Assembly: GCA_963812015.1 (NCBI GenBank)
Contig: CAWETI010000003.1
Location: forward strand, 1,440,001-1,504,000
Direction: 5' to 3'
DNA from: an uncultured delta proteobacterium
GTDB lineage: Bacteria > Desulfobacterota > Desulfobaccia > Desulfobaccales > 0-14-0-80-60-11
DNA: 64,000 nucleotides
Of this stretch, positions 60,321 through 64,000 are shown one piece after another. The position numbers were made by a program, and so were the translations under genes. The notes below the pieces were generated by a model. The model did not search any database and was not told where the DNA came from. It saw only the letters and a program-made list of their open reading frames with translations. Within the stretch, counting starts at the first letter, position 1, and every line of letters begins with the position of its first letter.

Positions 60321-61418
60321 TTAGTTATCCCGGCTAGGCGTATTTTCCAGACCGCCCGCGGCACAAACCAGAGGCGTAAAATATTTCTGTCTGAACCGCA
60401 ACGCCACATTCACCAGGCTGATGAGCACCGGGACCTCCACCAGGGGGCCGATGACCGTGGCAAAGGCTTCCCCCGACTGCAAGCCGAAGACGGCTACGGC
60501 CACCGCGATGGCCAGCTCAAAATTGTTGCTGGCCGCGGTGAACGACAGGGTGGCCGAAATGCGATACCCGGCCCCGGCCTTGGCCGACATATAAAACGTG
60601 ACAAAGAACATGACGAAGAAATAGATGGCCAGGGGGATGGCGATCCGCACCACGTCCAGGGGAAGTTCCACGATATACTCCCCTTTGAGAGAAAACATCA
60701 CGACGATGGTGAACAGCAGGGCAATAAGCGTAATGGGGCTGATCTTGGGCATGAATTTTTCTTCATACCAGGTAATCCCCTTGCGCCTGACCAGGAAAAA
60801 GCGGGTGAACATGCCGCCGAAGAAGGGGATGCCCAGGTAGATCAACACGCTTTCCGCCACCTGGAGGATAGTGACCTTGACCTCCAGGCCCGAGGCGATC
60901 CCCAGCCAGGCGGGCAGCACCGTGACAAAGATATAGGCGTAGACCGAGAAAAACAGCATCTGGAAGATGGAGTTGAAGGCCACCAGCCCGGCGCAGTATT
61001 CCGTGTCCCCCTGGGCCAGGTCGTTCCAGACGATGACCATGGCGATGCAGCGGGCCAGGCCGATGATGATCAGGCCCACCATGTAGTGCGGGTAGCCCTG
61101 GAGAAAAGTGATGGCCAACAGGAACATGAGGATGGGGCCGATCACCCAGTTCTGGATTAACGACAGGGCCAAAACCTTGAAGTTTTTGAAGACCTTGGGC
61201 AGTTCCTCATACCGCACCTTGGCCAGGGGCGGATACATCATCAGGATCAAGCCGATGGCGATGGGAATATTGGTGGTGCCCACCTGGAAGAACGTCAATA
61301 CCTTGGTGGAGCCGGGCAGGAAATACCCGAGGCCAACCCCGGCTGCCATGGTCAGGAAAATCCACAGGGTCAGGAAGCGCTCCACAAAACCCAGACGTTT
61401 GGCAGTTGTGACAGCCAT
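60321..61418 (-). CDS. acr3: ACR3 family arsenite efflux transporter
   Basis: [39 protein letters not shown]. Confidence 0.95.
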   Translation of the reverse strand: MAVTTAKRLGFVERFLTLWIFLTMAAGVGLGYFLPGSTKVLTFFQVGTTNIPIAIGLILMMYPPLAKVRYEELPKVFKNFKVLALSLIQNWVIGPILMFLLAITFLQGYPHYMVGLIIIGLARCIAMVIVWNDLAQGDTEYCAGLVAFNSIFQMLFFSVYAYIFVTVLPAWLGIASGLEVKVTILQVAESVLIYLGIPFFGGMFTRFFLVRRKGITWYEEKFMPKISPITLIALLFTIVVMFSLKGEYIVELPLDVVRIAIPLAIYFFVMFFVTFYMSAKAGAGYRISATLSFTAASNNFELAIAVAVAVFGLQSGEAFATVIGPLVEVPVLISLVNVALRFRQKYFTPLVCAAGGLENTPSRDN

Positions 61419-61608
61419 AGGTGCTCCTATCTTTCTGATACCCGGATAACCGATTTATTAAATATCATCAGCAAAAAATATTTAGCTTACAAGAGGTCAC
61501 CGCCAGGGATTGGAAAGAATTGCGCCGCTGTTTCCATAATACTTTTATATAACCGGTTAACCGGATAAGTCAAGGTATACTGATCAAAAAAAAATGAGGC
61601 TGATAAGC

Positions 61609-61980
61609 TCAGGAGCACTGGCACGCGGCCGCGCCGTCTCTGCTCTGTTCCTTGGTAGCCAACCAGTGCTCCAATCGGTCCTGGAGCGCCTGGGCCTCGG
61701 GACGGGAGTTCAGGATCTCCGCCAGGAGCTTGAGTTGCTTGTCCTCCGGGCTGCCGGGGGCGACGCTCAAACGATAATTCATCCACACCCCTTCCCGGCG
61801 GTCGTTGACCCAGCCCAGGTGATAGAGATGGCGCAGGTGCCGGGAGGCCTTGGATTGGGTGATGCCCAGCACCCCCATGATATCGCAGACGCAGAGTTCT
61901 TCCCGGCCCATCAGCAGCCAGAGGATTTTCAGGCGGGTCTCATCAGCCAGGGATTTAAAGAGTTGGGCTTCCTTTTTCAT
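61609..61980 (-). CDS. arsR: ArsR/SmtB family transcriptional repressor
   Basis: FKSLADETRLKIL, ELCVCDI, QSKASRHL; ATG at 61980. Confidence 0.92.
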   Translation of the reverse strand: MKKEAQLFKSLADETRLKILWLLMGREELCVCDIMGVLGITQSKASRHLRHLYHLGWVNDRREGVWMNYRLSVAPGSPEDKQLKLLAEILNSRPEAQALQDRLEHWLATKEQSRDGAAACQCS

Positions 61981-61989
61981 ATTTTTCTT

Positions 61990-62009
61990 ATAACCGGTTA
62001 ATCGATTAT
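61990..62009. promoter_or_regulatory. Candidate ArsR operator (also at 59320-59337, 61438-61455, 61549-61566, 62127-62144)
   Basis: Near-palindrome ATAACCGGTTAATCGATTAT, 9 nt upstream of the arsR start; related copies precede other ars genes. Confidence 0.7.
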
Positions 62010-62186
62010 TGTCCAATAAAAATTTCGAGGAATTATGACCGCATACCCCAGAACTTAGCTTGTCCCCCTCCCAAAAAATACCCATGGCCGCGCCGGATTT
62101 GGCTGTTGGAGGGGGGTTATAGGGTAACAGCCGGTTACCCGAATGTACCATCTCCTCCCCGAACCCTGAGGAGAAAGGGGCGAACC

Positions 62187-62897
62187 ATGGATAAATCCAA
62201 GCTGAACTGTTTCATTGACGCCTTGATGTTTCTGACCATCATGACCCTGGCAGGGCTGGGTCTCTTGATCAAATATGTCCTGATCCCCGGCCCCATGGCC
62301 TGGGCGAAATACGGTCGCCAGATGGAGCTCACCTGGCTGGGGCTGGACCGTCACGCTTGGGGGGCGGTGCACCTGTGCCTGGCCTTCCTGTTGGTGCCCC
62401 TCCTGATGCTGCACGTCATCCTGCACCGGAAAATGATCCTCAGTCTCTTTACCGGATTTATTGCCGATTCCACCCTCAGGAAAGGGATCACGCCCGCCTT
62501 TTTCCTCCTTGGCCTGGCCCTCCTGGTCTTCCCTCTCCTGGTGACCCCGGAAGTTAATGAGGTGGGCTTAAGAGAACACCGAGGTCTGGGAGCCCCAGCG
62601 GCCGCGGCGAAATTACCCCATGCGGCAGTTCCGGCAAACCAGGGAGAACAGGCTAAAACCGACCTTTCCCCTCCATCCGGAGCCGGAGAGCCGAGGGCTC
62701 AAGAAAACCATCCCTCGAAAAGTCCTCGGAAAAAAATGCGCTCTTCCGTTTGGCCCAAAAAACCTTACGATAAGGCCGAATACCGGAGTCTCCACCTCCC
62801 CCGCCAGGGGCAACCAACCACGCCCCTGTTAGCTTGTAGCCAGTCACCCACGAATTGTCCGCCCCAAGGACCCGGTCCTCAGGGACTGGTTTTCTGA
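62187..62897 (+). CDS. DUF4405-like membrane protein
   Basis: IDALMFL...WLGLDRHAWGAVHL...LHVILH; ATG at 62187. Confidence 0.75.
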   Translation: MDKSKLNCFIDALMFLTIMTLAGLGLLIKYVLIPGPMAWAKYGRQMELTWLGLDRHAWGAVHLCLAFLLVPLLMLHVILHRKMILSLFTGFIADSTLRKGITPAFFLLGLALLVFPLLVTPEVNEVGLREHRGLGAPAAAAKLPHAAVPANQGEQAKTDLSPPSGAGEPRAQENHPSKSPRKKMRSSVWPKKPYDKAEYRSLHLPRQGQPTTPLLACSQSPTNCPPQGPGPQGLVF

Positions 62898-63164
62898 AAA
62901 AAATCCATCGTGGCGGTTTCCCCCAGTGGTATAGTGATAAATGCCAAGACCCGGGTAATCGATGGGACAAGTGAAGTAAAATGTCTTGACCTAGACCCCC
63001 CAATCTTACTGGCTTCCGGGGTCTGACCGGGGTCGCACCGCCGCGCTCCTGATCCCAGGGCGGCGGAGGCCGGGGCAAAAGAGGGCGGGGGGCCGCCCTT
63101 GCGGGAAGCTCAACCCACTATCAATCGCCGGCAATAAGTTAGCTTACGACTAGGGCCATGCTTG

Positions 63165-64000
63165 ATGAATAGGCGCGAACCATCTGTGGGGGAAATTGCC
63201 CGGGCCTTTCTGCATCTGGGGCTCACCGCCTTCGGCGGCCTCGCCATGCTGGAGCCCATGCGCAGGATGACCGTGGATAAGCAGGGCTGGCTGGGCCAGG
63301 AAGAATTTATGGATGGCCTGGCTTTGTGTCAGTTGCTGCCCGGGGCCACGGTGGTGCAACTGGGAACCTATATCGGCTATCGGCTACGGCGCGTCGCCGG
63401 CGCCTTCGCCGCCGCGGGAGCGTTCATCCTGCCGGCTTTCATCTTCATGCTGGCCCTCTCGTTTCTCTATTTTACCTACACCCATATCTCCTGGGTGCAA
63501 GCCGTTTCCCGGGGTATGGGCGCGGTGGTCATCGCCCTCCTGCTGCAAACCTTATGGCGCTTGGGTCAAGCGGTTCGCAAACAATGGCTCGATGCGGTTA
63601 TCGCCCTCCTGGCCTTGGCGGCCTTTTGGCTCCGGGTGAATTTTCTCCTGGTTTTCCTGCTCGCCGGACTCCTCAGAATGGCCCTGGGCCTTTGGCTTTT
63701 GCCCGGCCAGAGTTTCCCAAAGCCTGCCAGCCCGATGGCCAGACCGCGCCTGGGCCTGACCTTAGCCCTGCTCGCCCTGGTTCTGTTGGGGGTCGGCCTG
63801 GCAGTCTGGGGTTTAGGAAGGTTGCAACCCGATCTGGCCAGGATGACCCAAATTTTGCTCAAGATCGGCGTGGTCAGCTTCGGCGGCGGCTTTGTCATGA
63901 TCCCGATCTTGCAATGGGAAGTGGTGAATACGTTGAGTTGGCTCACCCTCAAGCAATTTATGGACGGCATCCTCCTGAGCTTCATCACGCCGGGCCCGAT
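63165..64000 (+). CDS. chrA: Chromate efflux transporter (long-chain CHR), 3'-partial
   Basis: Hand translation: FLHLGLTAFGG...WLGQEEFMDGLALCQLLPGA; second repeat KIGVVSFGGG...FITPGP. Confidence 0.9.
   Translation, partial: MNRREPSVGEIARAFLHLGLTAFGGLAMLEPMRRMTVDKQGWLGQEEFMDGLALCQLLPGATVVQLGTYIGYRLRRVAGAFAAAGAFILPAFIFMLALSFLYFTYTHISWVQAVSRGMGAVVIALLLQTLWRLGQAVRKQWLDAVIALLALAAFWLRVNFLLVFLLAGLLRMALGLWLLPGQSFPKPASPMARPRLGLTLALLALVLLGVGLAVWGLGRLQPDLARMTQILLKIGVVSFGGGFVMIPILQWEVVNTLSWLTLKQFMDGILLSFITPGP

Noticed and set aside
62900..63160. Riboswitch or ncRNA upstream of chrA
   Set aside because: GC-rich hairpins are present but match no family consensus I can recognise.
1..64000. CRISPR array
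   Set aside because: No run of regularly spaced 25-45-bp repeats with unique spacers was seen, and no cas genes.

Overview
GC-rich chromosomal segment, probably from a deltaproteobacterium (Desulfobacterota-like; inferred from gene content). It has three parts. (1) 1-12.8 kb is housekeeping DNA: two GT4 glycosyltransferases, a frameshifted lipid A acyltransferase, a PaaI thioesterase, an MFS transporter, mlaEFDC, gap-pgk-tpiA-secG and tRNA-Leu(GAG). (2) A 41.8 kb element is integrated at the tRNA-Leu 3' end, bounded by a 64-bp direct repeat (12777-12840 and 54558-54621). Its co-oriented 9.4 kb core encodes an SF3/D5 helicase, a Zn-finger/TOPRIM primase, a cos-like site, a ParB-methylase with an in-frame TGA, lambda-type terminase small and large subunits, an excisionase and an integrase. 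No portal, capsid, tail or lysis gene is recognisable. It also carries an Mza-like defence operon (MORC ATPase, Z1, DUF4420, AIPR) with Dcm and Vsr, a small tyrosine resolvase with paired core-like sites, lipid and signalling cargo including a second mlaC, and a terminal regulator cluster (truncated MucR, MucR, Lys-rich peptide, CsrA). (3) 54.9-64 kb is an arsenic/metalloid resistance region (arsR, acr3, usp, trx, ccdA, arsP, arsM, redox proteins, DUF4405, chrA) with five copies of a candidate ArsR operator. The best candidate for an undescribed system is the capsid-less element that carries its own cos site and two-subunit terminase and is the size of a full lambdoid genome. All family assignments come from motif recognition, not database searches.
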